Source: the human T2T-CHM13v2.0 reference genome, Homo sapiens
Direction: 5' to 3' (one strand)
DNA length: 64,000 nt
Assembly (NCBI RefSeq): GCF_009914755.1
Contig: NC_060947.1
The notes under the pieces were generated by a model that saw nothing but the letters and a program-made list of their open reading frames with translations, was not told the origin of the DNA and did no database searches. A program made the position numbers and the translations under genes. Of the stretch, positions 1 to 22,059 are shown piece by piece. The number at the start of each line of letters is the position of its first letter. The first letter of the stretch is position 1.

Positions 1-104
1 GGAGGTTGCAGTGAGCCGCGATCACGCCACTGCATTCCAGCCTGAGCGACAGGGCAAGATTACGTCTCAAAAAAAAAAAAAAAAAAGAAAAAGAAAAAAA
101 CTAG

Positions 105-310
105 TGATAAGAGCTAACATTTATTAAGCACTAATCAGGAACCAGGCTTTCAGTTTAGCACTTTGTATACATTATTATCTCATCTAATTCTCACAACGAC
201 TGTATGAGATTGGTACAATTATAAGTTTCTTTTTACAATGAGAAACTAAACCTAAGAGAAGTTAAGTTGCCCAAGGCCACACAACTAGACCTGGGAATCA
301 AGCTCCAAAC
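105..310 (+). mobile_element. MIR SINE
   Basis: gctaacatttattaagcact...aattctcacaac...gagaaactaaacctaagagaagttaagttgcccaaggccacacaactag resembles the MIR core; strand tentative. Confidence 0.65.
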
Positions 311-449
311 CAATTTCTCAAACCCCTGGGGCTTCCTGCCATAGTCTCACAGGACCTCACAGTTTCTATAAGAATGATTGAATATGGTGTTTCTGTGTGA
401 TTCTACTGCAAAGAATAATCAGTATAAGCATTTTCTGGATAATCAAAAG

Positions 450-1211
<762 letters not shown>

Positions 1212-1643
1212 ATCTGGATAAGCAGCTTGCAGCTTATAACTGAATCTTAGTCACAATTGTTAGTACAACCATTTCAGTTTGTGTTTATGCTGTTCACCTT
1301 GGCTCTTGCCAAGCAAAACCAAGTGAAGTCATATCACAGTGCCTAAAGACGAACCTTCTCAAAAGTTTTTGGAAAACAAGGCAGAATTGTCATCTCACTC
1401 CATACAGTGCTGAAATCAAAGAATATCCACCCAAGCAGTCAGTACCATGTTCCTTTGCAAGCAGCAACTTCATTACAGAAAAACATCTTCCATCGCATTA
1501 AATCAGCATTGTTCATGTGAATGTTATTAGTTTGGTAATTTTGTTTGTATTATATTTATAAATGGATACTGGTTTTACAGTTATAGAGGAGCAGTAAACA
1601 CAAAATATTCACATCTAGTGTATAATTATAGTAATAAAAATAA

Positions 1644-2071
<428 letters not shown>

Positions 2072-2294
2072 TAAAAAAAAAGTGCCAAAGGCATTAGAGA
2101 TAAGACTTGATCAGATTCAAGTTTGAGTTTTGGGCAAGAATATTTCATAGGTGATGTTTTTCCCCTCAAGAAGCAAATAATGCCTGGTCTTCTCTGTGCT
2201 GCTAGCCGTTGTTAATAGCAATACTCAGGTCTGCTGATTCATTAGGACTTGCAAAATGGTGACATTCTATCATTCCTTCTTTATTTATCACCTA

Positions 2295-2447
<153 letters not shown>

Positions 2448-3344
2448 TTATTATTATTAAAATAAGATAACTTTCCCCCATCTTACATTTTGTTACCTTG
2501 AGGTACACAGTTCACCCAGAAGAGGCAGAATAAATGCTTAATTACTCCCTTTTATTTACTAGTTTTCAAAAGAATGAATTTAGTGCCCCCCAGCATCTTC
2601 CAATTAGGCTTTTTTCCTTTCAAGTAGCATTATTATTTTTTAAAATAATATACAGATGGGGTTTCACCAAGTTGCCTATGCTGGTCTTGGACTCCTGAGC
2701 TCAAGCAATTCTCTCGCCTCAGCCTCCCAAAGTGCTGGGATTCCAGGCATGAGCCACCGCGCCCAGCCTGAAGTATCATTATTAACTCAAGGACTCTTAG
2801 CATTTCCTGTGTCTTAATTACTTGCCATTTTTTTCTTATTGAAGCTCAGATTTCCCTAATTGTCCAGTGAAAGCTTCTTCAAGTTGGCTCCAGAATTGAG
2901 TCCTTTGGACTCGACCCCAGAAGCCTTTGTTAACTTCTTCCCTTTTAAGTTGTCCCAGGCTCATCTAGTACATTTCCTCCCCCAGACCTGACATCAATGG
3001 CTAGGTAATTCTGAGCTTCAGCGGTTCCCAGGGGAAACAACATTTATTGGGAGCAGGTGGTGTTCACAGTTCTCTGTTTTGATAATAACACAGGCACAGC
3101 AGGGAGATCCTTTTAAAAGTGGGGCTTGAGAGTGGCGGCATTCACTCCAGGCTTTCCTGAGGAAGTGTTCCACCAGCTGTGGGCCAACACTGTCTTCTTC
3201 CACCTCAGTGTTTGTTTATACTGCTTTCTTTTATCCAGTGAATCAATAACAACAGCAACAATAAAAATGGCTTCAAAACAGCTACATCCACAACAACAAA
3301 TCTGTTTGCAGAGACGTGGTCCAGAGGCAGTTTGGGTCTGGTGA

Positions 3345-3636
<292 letters not shown>

Positions 3637-3662
3637 TAGCCAGGATGGTCTCGATCTCCTGA

Positions 3663-4042
<380 letters not shown>

Positions 4043-4126
4043 TAGTAACACTACACTGAGCATCTACTATGTGCCAGACATTGTGGTTTTATTTCATGAA
4101 TGCCCATAACAATATTGTAGGGTATT

Positions 4127-4313
4127 CCAGTGGTATGCTAGTAAGTCAGCTGGAGGTGGGGTATCCTTGATTTGTAGAACTGGCTGATTTCCATGGTGTG
4201 AATACATCCGCTAAGGGTGTACCAAAGGTTTTAGCAACTGGCTGACAAAATTCCTGAATATTTAACAATAGGTTCTCCCAAGCCAGAAGGAGCAGGTTGC
4301 AGCACACCACTGG
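4127..4313. mobile_element. MER63-like hAT MITE
   Basis: TIRs ccagtggtatgct ... agcacaccactgg; internal gatttccatggtgtgaatac. Confidence 0.7.
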
Positions 4314-4953
4314 ATCAGGCCCATCTTATTTTATTGCATTTTATTTTATTGAGACAGGGTCTTGTTCTCTCACCCAGGCTGCAATGCAGTGGTGTGATCG
4401 CAGCTCACTGCAGCCTCAACCTCCCAGGCTCAATTAATCTTCTCACCTTAGTCTCCTGAGTAGCTGAAACCACAAGTGCATGCCACCAAACTCCTGGCTA
4501 ATTTTTGTATTTTTTTGGCAGAGACGGGTCTTGCCATGTTGCCCAGGCTGGTCTTAAACTCCTGGGCTCAAGTGATCCACTGGCCTCGGCCTCCCAAAGT
4601 GCTGGGATTAAGGGCGTGAGCCACCATGCCCAGCACAAATCAATTTATTTTATGTCATACAACCAGGAGGCAACAGGATTGAGATCTGAACTGGGTAGCC
4701 GGGTTGCACATATACCTCACGAACTACAACTCATGGTCTAGTCTCACTAACCATTCATGGTAGTGTTTCCTCATTAAACACTGGTGGTGCTTTAGGGCTA
4801 AGACTGTTTCTTTGAAACCTGGAAAAGGTCTTGCCTGTGCTTAGATTCGGTGTCGAGGAACAGGGAGAATGCAGTCTTCCTGTCCACTGTTCCCTGTCTC
4901 AACACGTCTCTGCCAGCTCTGCAAGAAAATTCGACACTTCCACAAAAGACCAG

Positions 4954-6056
<1,103 letters not shown>

Positions 6057-6524
6057 TGAATTTTCCACACAGGCCTCCAAGGAGTTAAAAGACAAAAATC
6101 ATTTTCCAGTTTCTCTGGCTTCAAGCCTGATTCCCAGACGGGATCCAACACTAATCGCCATCCAAATGCCTGTCAGCAAGATAGTCATGATGTACTCTGG
6201 CATATAGTACTGAGGCAGTCTTGGGCAATGTTGTTATAGAATTATGTTATAATTATACTCGGCCTTGTTTCCTGCACATCTCACAGATGCTTATCCACCA
6301 ACGGAGTGTTAGCTGACAATCATTCCAAACAAGCCCAGACAAAAGGAATAATAGCGGTAACCTGAGGAACTTCGGAAGAAATACACAGCTAAGGTCTGAG
6401 AATGTTTGGCCAGTTCAATAGCCTCTTACGGGCAAGTCCAATGTCAGGCGGCATTTCTACCTTCTCCTGTTCTGCCTTTGACCTCTTCACGCTCTCTTGT
6501 CCTGTCCAGAACACTGTCACTTAA

Positions 6525-6695
<171 letters not shown>

Positions 6696-6698
6696 TGA

Positions 6699-6929
<231 letters not shown>

Positions 6930-7585
6930 TAAGGAGCTGAATGTCGGGGTACTGTTTGTTAGAACTGCGAAGGAGGGGCCTGTCTATCCACCGTCCTCTT
7001 GGTCCTCCCCTGAGATGGGAGAAAAAGGCTTGTGTTATGCTCAGGGGCACCATGGTCTCCGCCAGACCGGATGGAATTCTGGGGAAACGTTCCCACAGAA
7101 ATCCAGGGAAGTGGAGAGGAGAAAGCTCCTGAGGGAAGAATCTAGGTGGTGCTGCGTGTGTGTGGTTTACATGCCAGTCTGTATTTTAAGAGGTTTCCAA
7201 GCCGATTTTAATTAACCTCCAGTTGAAACTTGCTAAACAAGTTTTGCAGCCCAGGTTATTGTGTTAGTATTTTTCCGGGTATATTGTCCTAGGTTTGAAT
7301 TTCATGATGTTTATTATTCTTTCTAACTACAACTCAGTGGGGAAAAGCCCAAGGTACCTTTTAAGACCTAAGTATTTCCTGGTAATGACTTGTAGGAAAG
7401 AATGACATTTCCATAACATTTGGACCAAGAGAAGAAGTGAGAATTTAAAGTTGACATTTGCAAGTGATAAAAGCCAAAACCAAAAGTATTCTTTTAAAGA
7501 ATATGCCTTTCTTCTAATGAAATATACACAAGTCTTGATTCAGATGATAACTTTTCTAGAATTACCTTTGAAAACAAACCCTTAG

Positions 7586-7909
<324 letters not shown>

Positions 7910-8136
7910 TGAGGTGATCCACGCCCCCACCCCTCGGCCTCCCAAAGTGCTGGGATTACAGGCATGAGCCACCGCGCCCAGTCTCTAAAGACTATTTTTA
8001 ATGGGCACCATATGATCTCTCTGGAACTGAGAAGAGCGGACTTTGGGGAAATTAGAAAAGATGTAGAAGGATGCTGCTCCAAGGGCCTTCAGAATAATCA
8101 CTTGACATCATCTCTGATAAGTTACTCTCTAGGTCA

Positions 8137-8580
<444 letters not shown>

Positions 8581-8705
8581 TTATTTATTTATTTTTGAGA
8601 CAGAGTCCCGCTCTGTTGCCCAGCCTGGAGTGCAGTGGTGCAATCTCGACTCACTACAACCTTCACTTCCCAGGTTCAAGTGATTCTCCTACCTCAGCCT
8701 CCTGA

Positions 8706-8891
<186 letters not shown>

Positions 8892-9546
8892 TAACACTTT
8901 GGGAGGAGGAGGTGGGTGGATTGCTTGAGCCCAGGAGTTTGAGACCAGCCTGGGCAACACAGTGAAACCCCTGTCCCTAAAATAAATAAATGAATGCCCT
9001 TCTCCCACCTTACTAAAGAAAGGTGTACCCCTAACCTACCCTGAATCTTAGCAGAGGGTGCTACCCCCAAGGTGTAAAAACCTCTGGGCACCAAACCAAA
9101 GAATAATTCAGGAATGTACAGCTCTCAAGGGAAGAGTTCCCAGAGAGTTGAGACCCCTTCTCAGATTACTTAGGTAGGAGCATGTACTGGGGTTTTATTT
9201 CAAGTTTCACAAAGAAAGAAGCTCCTCAGCAAGTCAGTTTGAAGACTGCTTTCTTGGTAGAGATAAAAGTGATACAATGAACTATGGGTTACAGAGTCTC
9301 AGCAGCCAGGCAGCTGGGGGGAAACCATAACTTTCCAGAAAAAGATTACTCAAACATTACATCAGGATTGCTGATTACGTCCCGGAACAGACTGTAAACT
9401 ACCTCAGCCCTAAAAGTTCTCTTCCAGATTAAGTTTGGGACAATTTGCTTTCTCAAGACCTGAAAAAAGAGAGCTTTGGTTAAAAAAAAAAAAAAGAAGA
9501 AAGAAAAAGAAAAGAAAAAAAAATGGCAGCTGTTTAATCCAGATGA

Positions 9547-9654
<108 letters not shown>

Positions 9655-10015
9655 TGATCCTCCACTTTAGTCTCCCGAGTAGCTGGCACTACAGGTGCAC
9701 GCCGCCATGCCTGGCTAATATTTTTATTCTAATTTTTTTTTTTTTTGTAGAGACGGGGTTTCGCCATCTTGCTCATGGCTGGTCTTGAACCCCTGGCCTC
9801 AAGCTATCTGCCCACCTAGGCTCCCAAAGTGCTAAGATTACAGGCATGACCCACCATGTCTGGTCTGCACAATCGTTTACAAGTTAGTCTGATTTGGCTG
9901 ATTGGTTTGATAGTAAGGAATGGCTTTGTCATTAAGTTATAGAACAGGCACTTTCCATTAACCGAACAAGCTAAATGAGCTGTGCCAAGATTCTGAAGCA
10001 ATAAAAATAGATTTA

Positions 10016-10613
<598 letters not shown>

Positions 10614-11434
10614 TAAAAAAAATCACAGCCTTTCCTCATACTGCTTGGCCTTTTTTTGTTTTTTAAATTCTGAAGAAAGCCATCTCCAAGCACTTCCACC
10701 TACATTTCATTGGCTGCAATGTGTCACCTGGCAACCCTTAGCTGTAAGGGAGTCTGGGAATTCTAGTATTTTGCTTTCCAGTTTCTCTAGTAGAAAAGTG
10801 TGTTTCTCTAGTAAAAAGTGTTTCTCATGTGTGTAAAGTGAGCAAAGTGATAAAGCATATATTCTAAAAAGTAATTTGGGGCTGGGTGCAGCGGCTCTTC
10901 CCTGTAATCCTAGCACTTTGGGAGGTCAAGGTGAGAGGGCTGCTTGAGGCCAGGAATTTGAGACTAGTCTGGGCAACATAGTAAGACTCTGTCTCTACAA
11001 AAAATTAAGAAAATAGCTGGGCATGGTGGCACATGCCTGTAGTCCTAGCTACTTGGGAGGCTGAGGCAGGAAGATTCCTTGCACCCAGGAGTTTGAGGCT
11101 ACTATTGTTGCCCCACTGCACTCCAACCTGGGTGACAGAGCAAGACCCTGTCTTTAAAAAAACTAAATAAATAAATGAAAATAAAAATAAAAAGTAGGCC
11201 AGGTGCAGCAGCGCATGCCTGTAATCCCAGCACTTTGGGTGGCCAAGGTGGGAGGATCGCTTGAGCCCAGGAGTTCGAGACCAGCTTTGGCAACATGGCA
11301 AGACCCCGTCTCAATTTAAAATTTTAAAAACCAATAAAACTAAAAAGTAATTTGGAAGACTGTGAGGTAAACCAAATAATCAACTAACAAAGTAGTTACT
11401 TAAAAAAACAAAACAAGCTGGGCGTGGTGGCTCA

Positions 11435-11815
<381 letters not shown>

Positions 11816-12405
11816 TCAAGACCAGCCTGCACAACACAGTGGGACCCTGTCTCTACAAAAATAAATAAATAAATAAATATAAATATAAATATAAATAAAA
11901 ACAAGCCCTCCAAAAACCTTTGACAGTGTGTAAAGCTATGCAATTTTCTAATCGTGTTAAAGTAAAAGCAGTTCACAAACAATTCAGACTATACAGAAAT
12001 AAAAAGTAGTATATATGGCCTAACATTACTTTGTTCTTAAAATTTTCCAGTGACTTTTCTTCCCACTTCCAACTCCAACTGCCCTATTCCAGAATGTCAA
12101 ATGATTGTGACTTGCAGGTTTTCTAATCAGCACGTAAGTCGGAAATTCTAAAAATACATTTTAAATTGTGGATCACACCATTACATGACTGTCTATAGAG
12201 CCATTTAATTTTGAAGGCAAGTTAATTTTAAAAATAGTTACACACAAATGTTCAGTTGATTACGCTTAAGACAGTTTTATTCTGGTGATTCAGCATGATT
12301 TTTTTCAACAAATTAGGTACTTTGTCTGCTTTGTGGAACATTGGCAGTTTCATTTCCTGTTAAGGAAGCTATCATCAGAACTCAGATAAACCTTTGCCTT
12401 TACTA

Positions 12406-12786
<381 letters not shown>

Positions 12787-13331
12787 TCAAATATGTTTTC
12801 TGGATGATTTAAAGGTTTAGAAGGGGATTATTTATTCTAACTGAAAAAAAAATCTTTTAATATGAATTATTTATATGGAAGACTTCTTTTTGAAGCTGTT
12901 GTGGCTGATGCTGTTGGATTCATGTCTAACTTCTTTCATTTTATAAAACAGAATCATATCATCATCACAATCTGTACACTCCCACCTATACTCTTAGGGG
13001 GCAGTCTGGGGTGGTTCCTAGGGTAACAGGCCCAATTATCCCAGTATACATTGCATACAGTACCCTAACAACTTTTAGGAAAGGTTTTCATTATTAGTGC
13101 TTTGTTTTAGAAAAAGTCCAAAACAAGCCCTAATGAAGAGTCCAAAGGATAAGGAAGATGAAGAGAAAGAGAAAGCACTGAAAAGTAGAATCACATGATT
13201 TGCAAGTAGGACAAGGAAAGCGAGCAGGAAAAAAAACAGAGTTGTCAGAACCTGTGGGGAAAATGTGCTGAACAGCAAGGGCTGAGAAATGAGCAACATA
13301 TTAAACTTTTTTTTTTTTTTTTTTTTTTTGA

Positions 13332-13436
<105 letters not shown>

Positions 13437-13821
13437 TGAGTAGCTGAGATTACAGGCACCCGCCACCATGCCCGGCTAATTTTTTGTATTTTTAGTAGAG
13501 ACGGTTTCACCATGTTGGCCAGGAACTCCTGACGTCAGGTGATCCACCCGCCTCGGCCTCCCAAAGTGCCCCCATTTCCTTTCATTCGTTTGGAGAACTC
13601 CTCTACTGCTTGCATGGTTACCTGGTACAATGATCAGTCATGATGCCCTGCCCCTCTCCAAGACCATCCCAAAGAGTTGGCTCAGGGCTGGGCAAACTGG
13701 GCCAAGCCAGGATTTCATGGCTAACACTATTTCGCAATAGTTCGCAAGCTGGAGGCTGTAGCCTGGGACTGTTGGCTGTCATCTTCCTTGCCTTGAGGGT
13801 GCGCCTGCTACAAAATGCAGC

Positions 13822-14316
13822 TGAAGGGTGGCAGAATACTCTATGCCAAAATATGCCACCATGACGTAAGGATTACTTCAAGCTAAAGGCACTTGAAAAA
13901 CAGCAGATACAAGAAGGGCATTCTAATCTCCCCTTTGCTTCCTGCAAACAGGAGAGAGAAACTCCCATGTGAACATGCCCTCCCTGTACCAGGAAAAAAG
14001 TAACATTCTTCCCCGGGGAGTCACAGCTCTGAGAATCCTGTACAAACATACTTTGTGAAACTAATTCTTACCTTCCTTTAACAAACTCCCCACATAATTT
14101 AGTTACTTTTCCACAACTGCCTCTCTTTGTTCAACCTAATACAAAAGCCTGTTGGTTTTGTCACTTCTTTGGGTCTTCATTTCCTTCCCAGGGCTCCTGA
14201 GTCACATAAAACTTACATTAAATTAGTACGCTTTTCTCCTGTTAATATACTTTATGTCAATTTAATTCTCAGGCTCAGCCAGGACACTAAGAGAAGAGAG
14301 TTTTGACTCTCCTGCA
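13822..14316 (+). mobile_element. Solo ERV1 LTR (MER34-like)
   Basis: tgaagggtggcagaat...ccaaaatatgcc...aaggattacttcaagctaaaggc; attaaa in the R region; ends cctgca. Confidence 0.65.
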
Positions 14317-14377
14317 CATTCAAGACCTGTGGGAATCTGAGCCAAGCATTGACATAACAGCGCAGCAGCAGTTTATG

Positions 14378-14550
14378 ATCTCTCTCTTCCTTTCCTTTCC
14401 TTTTTCCTTTCCCCTTTCCTTTTCTTTCTTTCTCTCTTTTTCTTTCTTTCTTTCCTTCTTTCTCTTTCTCTCTCTCTCTCCTTCCTTCCTTCCTTCTTTC
14501 CTTCCTTCCTCTTTCCTTTCTCCCTCCCTCCCTCCTTTCTTTTTTTTTTT
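14378..14550 (+). repeat. CT-rich low-complexity tract (expanded Alu tail)
   Basis: About 170-nt pyrimidine tract (TTTC/TTCC/CT units) abutting a minus-strand Alu. Confidence 0.9.
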
Positions 14551-14852
14551 GATACAGAGTTTCGCTCTTGTTGCCCAGGATGGAGTGCAGTTGGCAATCT
14601 TGGCTCACTGCAATCTTTGCCTCCTGGGTTCAAGCGATTCTCCTGCCTCAGCCTCCTGAGTAGCTGGGATTACAGGCACCCGCCACCATGCCCAGCCAAT
14701 TTTCGTATTTTTAGTAGAGACAGGGTCTCACCATGTTGGCCAGGCTGGTCTTGAACTCCTGACCTCGTGTGATTCACCTGCCTTGGCCTCCCAAAGTGCT
14801 GGGATTACAGGCGTGAGCTACTGTGCTCGGCCCTTTCTTTCTTTTTTTTTGA

Positions 14853-15050
<198 letters not shown>

Positions 15051-15411
15051 TGAACTCCTGACTTCAAGTGATCTGCCCACCTAGGTCCCCCAAAGTGCTG
15101 GGACTATAGGTGTGAGCCACCAAGCCTGACCGATTTCTTTTTTCGGGAATTCCTATTCCGTTCTCAGTCCTTGAACTCCCAGCGCAAGACTCCACCCCAG
15201 GTCACAGGGCTCAGTCCCACTCAGAACTGTACCTCTTACTTATAGACTGACCCGTATTGCTTAATAGATCACATGGCGTAGCTTTCCTCCCTGCCTGAGT
15301 CCTAAACGGCTTGCCAGCATGTCATGTTATGCTTTTTTCTGCCTCCTACCTTTCACAGCACCCGCAGGCCTGGCATGTAGTAGAGTACCAGATAAGACTT
15401 GGTAAATTTGA

Positions 15412-15549
<138 letters not shown>

Positions 15550-15640
15550 TAGGATTACAGGTGTGCGCCACCACGCCTGGCTAATTTTTGTATTTTTAGT
15601 AGAGACGGGGGTTTCACCGTTTTGGCCAGGCTGGTCTTGA

Positions 15641-15926
<286 letters not shown>

Positions 15927-16036
15927 TAGCCAGATGGTCTCGATCTGCCTACCTTGGCTTCCCAAAGTGCTGGGATTACAGGCGTGAGCCACCACGCCTG
16001 GCCAATTTGATTCTTTTCTTATGACAGAAACTATAA

Positions 16037-16339
<303 letters not shown>

Positions 16340-16480
16340 TGAGCCACCGCGCCTGGCTGAGAATGTTTTTCTAATACGTGATTAAATAGGCGGCTATCGA
16401 GGAACAACATTTATTGCACATAACTTACATTATCTTGTTTAATCTGTACAAGCAATTTATGAGGTAGATGTGTAAGTTTA

Positions 16481-16940
<460 letters not shown>

Positions 16941-16979
16941 TCATTATATCCAGAATCTAAGGGGTAAAGGGCATTCAAG

Positions 16980-17480
16980 GACAAGGCCTTACATGCTAAA
17001 CAAACTGTGACAAATTCTCCACTTGAGTCTTGTCAAATAGATTTCCCTAGCAGCAAGATATGTGACTCAGTGTAGGAAAAACTAACCACTGGTGCAGAAC
17101 ACACATTTGCTTAGAAAGCCTTAGGCCAACCTTAATTACCCTGCCTAAGAAAGAGAGGCCTCCACAGGGGGCGGGGAGGAGGGAAAACAAGCTAGTTGTT
17201 GGACTGGAAGCTTCCAGAACCACAGCTGTAGCCCTTAACAGGATAGCTGACCTGCGCCTTTCATTTGCTTTGATTTCATGTATGAGTTTAATTCCAAAGT
17301 TGCAAATAACAGGAAATGAACCACAGTGTTAGCCAGTTAACATCAAAGGTAGAAGGAGACCGGCAGGCGGACTGTTAAAAGAATTAAAAGAGTAAACATT
17401 CCGGTGAGTCATTAGCTTTCAATACTCACTAGAACCACTAGAAGCAAAACTGCGTGGGAACCTACAAGTGGACACTCCAA
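16980..17480. promoter_or_regulatory. Candidate enhancer (AP-1/RUNX/ETS/TCF/GC-box cluster)
   Basis: TGACTCA 17063-17069, TGAGTCA 17405-17411, GGGGCGGGG 17168-17176, AACCACA 17218 and 17319, CATCAAAG 17341, in repeat-free DNA. Confidence 0.45.
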
Positions 17481-18020
17481 GTAAGAGCCTACCTGGAGGC
17501 CGGGCACGGTGGCTCACTGCTGTAATCCCAGCACCTTGAGAAGCCGAGGCAGGCGGATCACGAGGTCAGGAGTTCAAGACCAGCCTGGCCAGGTGTGGTG
17601 GCTCGTGCCTGTAGTCCCAGCTACTCAGGAGGCTGAGGCAGGAGGATCGCTTGCACCTGGGTGGCAGAGGTTGCAGTGAGCCAAGATCGCACCACTTGCA
17701 CTCCAGCCTGAGTGACAGAGCGAGACTCCATCTCAAAAAAAAAAAAAAAAAAAAAGCCTACCTGGAGTTCTTTGAAACATGCAAAGTTCTGGCCGGGCGC
17801 AGTGGCTTACGCCTGTCATCCTGTCATCCCAGCACTTTGGGAGGTCGAGTCACTGCTTGAGGCCAGGAGTTCGAGACCAGCCTGGCCAAAATGGTGAAAC
17901 GTTGTCTCTACTAAAAATACAAAAATTAGCTGGGCCTGGTGGTGCATGCTTGCAATCCCAGGTACTGGGAGGCTGAGACAGGAGAATCGCTTGAACCCAG
18001 GAGGCAGGGGGTTGCAGTGA

Positions 18021-18403
<383 letters not shown>

Positions 18404-18439
18404 TGAGCCACCGCGCCCGGCCATGTGTGTGTATTTTAA

Positions 18440-18892
<453 letters not shown>

Positions 18893-19614
18893 TAATGGTG
18901 GGCATGCAGTAGCTTTGTTTTTTGTCTAGTTTTATTTCACCTAATAATTAAAGAGAGCTCCAAAGGAGAAAAAAGTAGATTTCTAACTCCTCTTTATCTC
19001 TGAGAATTCATTCTAGTAGAGGAAATGAAGTTTGATGAGACGAGACCAAAAACAGTACAAAGAAGTGAAAAATCATAGATTGAAAATGAAGCTAAATTTT
19101 GAAGAGTCTGATCTCAAAATGAAAGGCCCACTACTGGAAGGTTGCTATAATTTCATTTTGTAATTTCAATTTGATATAAATTCTGCTCCACCCATTTTTT
19201 TCTCATTGTGTGACAAAATATTGGTGTTTCCTTGACATACACTTCTTTTTCTTTTTTCTTTTTTTTAGACAGAGTCTCACTCTGTTGCCCAGGCTGGAGT
19301 GCAGTTGCATGATCTTTGCTCACTGAAACCTCAGCCTCCTGGGTTCAAGCGATTCTCCTGACTCAGCCTCCCAAGTAGCTGGGACTACAGGCACGCACCA
19401 CCACGCCCGGCTAATTTTTGCATTTTTAGTAGAGACAGGGTTTCACCATGTTGGTCAGGCTGGTCTCAAACTCCTGACCTCAGGTGATCCGCATGCCTCG
19501 GCCTCCCAAAGTGCTGGGATTACAGGCATGACCCACGGTGCCTGGCCTGACGTACACTTCTTAATCAACAAACAGATTAAAACTTAGGTATCTGAGTTAA
19601 AAACCAAAAGATGA

Positions 19615-20665
19615 AAACGGTATAGTGGTTCCTCAAAAAATTAAAAATAGAACTACCTGCTGGGTGTGGTGGCTCACACCTGTAATTCCAACACCTTGGA
19701 AGGCCAAGGTGGGAGGATTGCTTGAGGTCAGGGATTCAAGACCAGCCTAGGCAACATAGTGGGACTCCATCTTCATAAAAAAAAAATTAAACAATTAGCC
19801 AGGTGTGGTGGTGCACAACTGTGGTCGCAGCTACTCAGGAGGCTAAGGTGGGAGGATCACTTGAGCCCAGGAGTTCAATGCTACAGTGATCCAAGATTGC
19901 ATCACTGAACTCCAACCTGGGCAACAGAGTGAGACCCTGTGTCAAAATAATAAAATAGAATTACCATCTGATCCAGCAATCCCACTTCTGGGTATATAGC
20001 CAAAAGAACTGAAAGCAGGATCTCGAAGAGATATTTGCACACCTATGGTTTTCATGGCAGCATTATTCACAACAGCCAAGAGGTAGAACCAACCCAAATG
20101 TCCATTGATGGATGAATGGATAAACAAAATGTGGTATTGTCCATACAATGGAATATTATTCTGCCTTAAAAAGGAAATCCTAGCTAGGCATGGTGGCGGC
20201 TCACACCTGTAATCCCAACACTTTGGGAGGCCAAGGTAGGAGGATTGCTTTAGCCCAGGAGTTCGAGACTAGCCTGAGCAACATGGAGAGACCCCCATGT
20301 CTACAAAAAGTCAAAAAATAAAAAAGGAAATCCTGTCACATGCTAAATCATGGATGAACCTTGAGGACATTATGCTAAGTGAAATAAGTTCATCACAAAA
20401 ACACAAATGCTGTCTGATTCCACTTATATGAGGTGTCTAGAGTAGACAAATTTGTAGAGACAGAGTTTAGAATAGTGGTCGCCAGGAGTTGGAGGGAGGG
20501 AGAAATGGGGAGTTATTTAATAGGTACGGAGTTTCAGTTTTGCGAGATGAAAAAGTTCTGGAGATCTGTCTCACAATTTGCATATAGTTAACCCTACTGA
20601 AATATATACCTTAAAATGGTTAAGATGGTACATTTTATGTGTTTTTTACCACACACAAAAAAAAT
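19615..20665 (+). mobile_element. L1MB-like LINE-1 3' end interrupted by Alus
   Basis: gatccagcaatcccacttctgggtatatagccaaaagaactgaaagcagg...aacccaaatgtccattgatggatgaatggataaacaaaatgtgg...cttaaaatggttaagatgg. Confidence 0.85.
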
Positions 20666-21671
20666 CTTGGTTTCAAACATCAGAAACAGAATTTAGGTAA
20701 CTCGAGGGAAGAAAATTTGGGAAGCCTATCTCACCACTCACAGAATCTCTGGGAAGACTAAAGATCCAAACTCAGCCCGTAGAACAAGAAAGGCTGAGAG
20801 TCAAAAACTGGGATGTTCCCTTGAAGTCTGAGAGATTTGCATGTTCCCTTGACTGGGAAGCAGCCAGTAATAAATCTCAGGTTTGCAAATATGGTGAGAA
20901 AAAAATTAGAAAAGAGGAAGCCTGAGTTGAAAGAAGTCAAAGGGTTTAAGCAGCAGGCGCACCCGCTCTAAATTAGGGACGGGAAGAGACGTGCAATCGC
21001 AGATTATGAAACAATGAAAGGCAGAGGACGCAATCGTACTCCTAAAAGATCTTCCATTGTGACATAAGTATTTTGATCTAAGGCTGAGTCTGTTCTCATT
21101 GTATTAAAAAAAAAAAGTCCCTCTTTGGCGGGGGCTAAAAACAAAATCTGATTCATATTGAATTTCTTCCCAAAGGTTACACAAAGGGAAGTAATAATGC
21201 CGACTGTGAGAATTGAAGTGAAAATCAGATCTCAGCCCAACCAGAACAACCAATGGGAACAATAGACAATAACTGTGACTCTAATGAAATTCATTTCTCA
21301 GCTGAAGGCACTGAGCCGATGTTTCTCTTGCTCTATTCTTAGTACTAAATCGAACTTTTTCCCCTTCAGGGAAACAGCTCCCTTCAGATTTAAACAATAG
21401 ATATTCACCCTGCATTCCATATTTGATGGGTTCTCAGTGTTGGCTAAAATGTCATAACCTCCTCTCTTCCCCCAACAAGATATGACCCACATTTCCTCTC
21501 TTCGAGGGGTGTCACAGCTGTTTTAAGGACATGCGTGTGTAGAGTTGGAGTAAGCGGCCTCAAGAGCAGTACTGATAGCATGGGCAGGCCCAAATTTGGG
21601 AAATGGGTAAAACCTGTAAAAATAGTCTTGCAGGTTTTAACGCAATTGCAGGCTAAAATGAAAATTTATGA

Positions 21672-22059
<388 letters not shown>

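Noticed and set aside
14252-14659. Lys/Glu/Arg-rich and Phe/Ser-rich ORFs
   Set aside because: Products of the CT-rich simple repeat.
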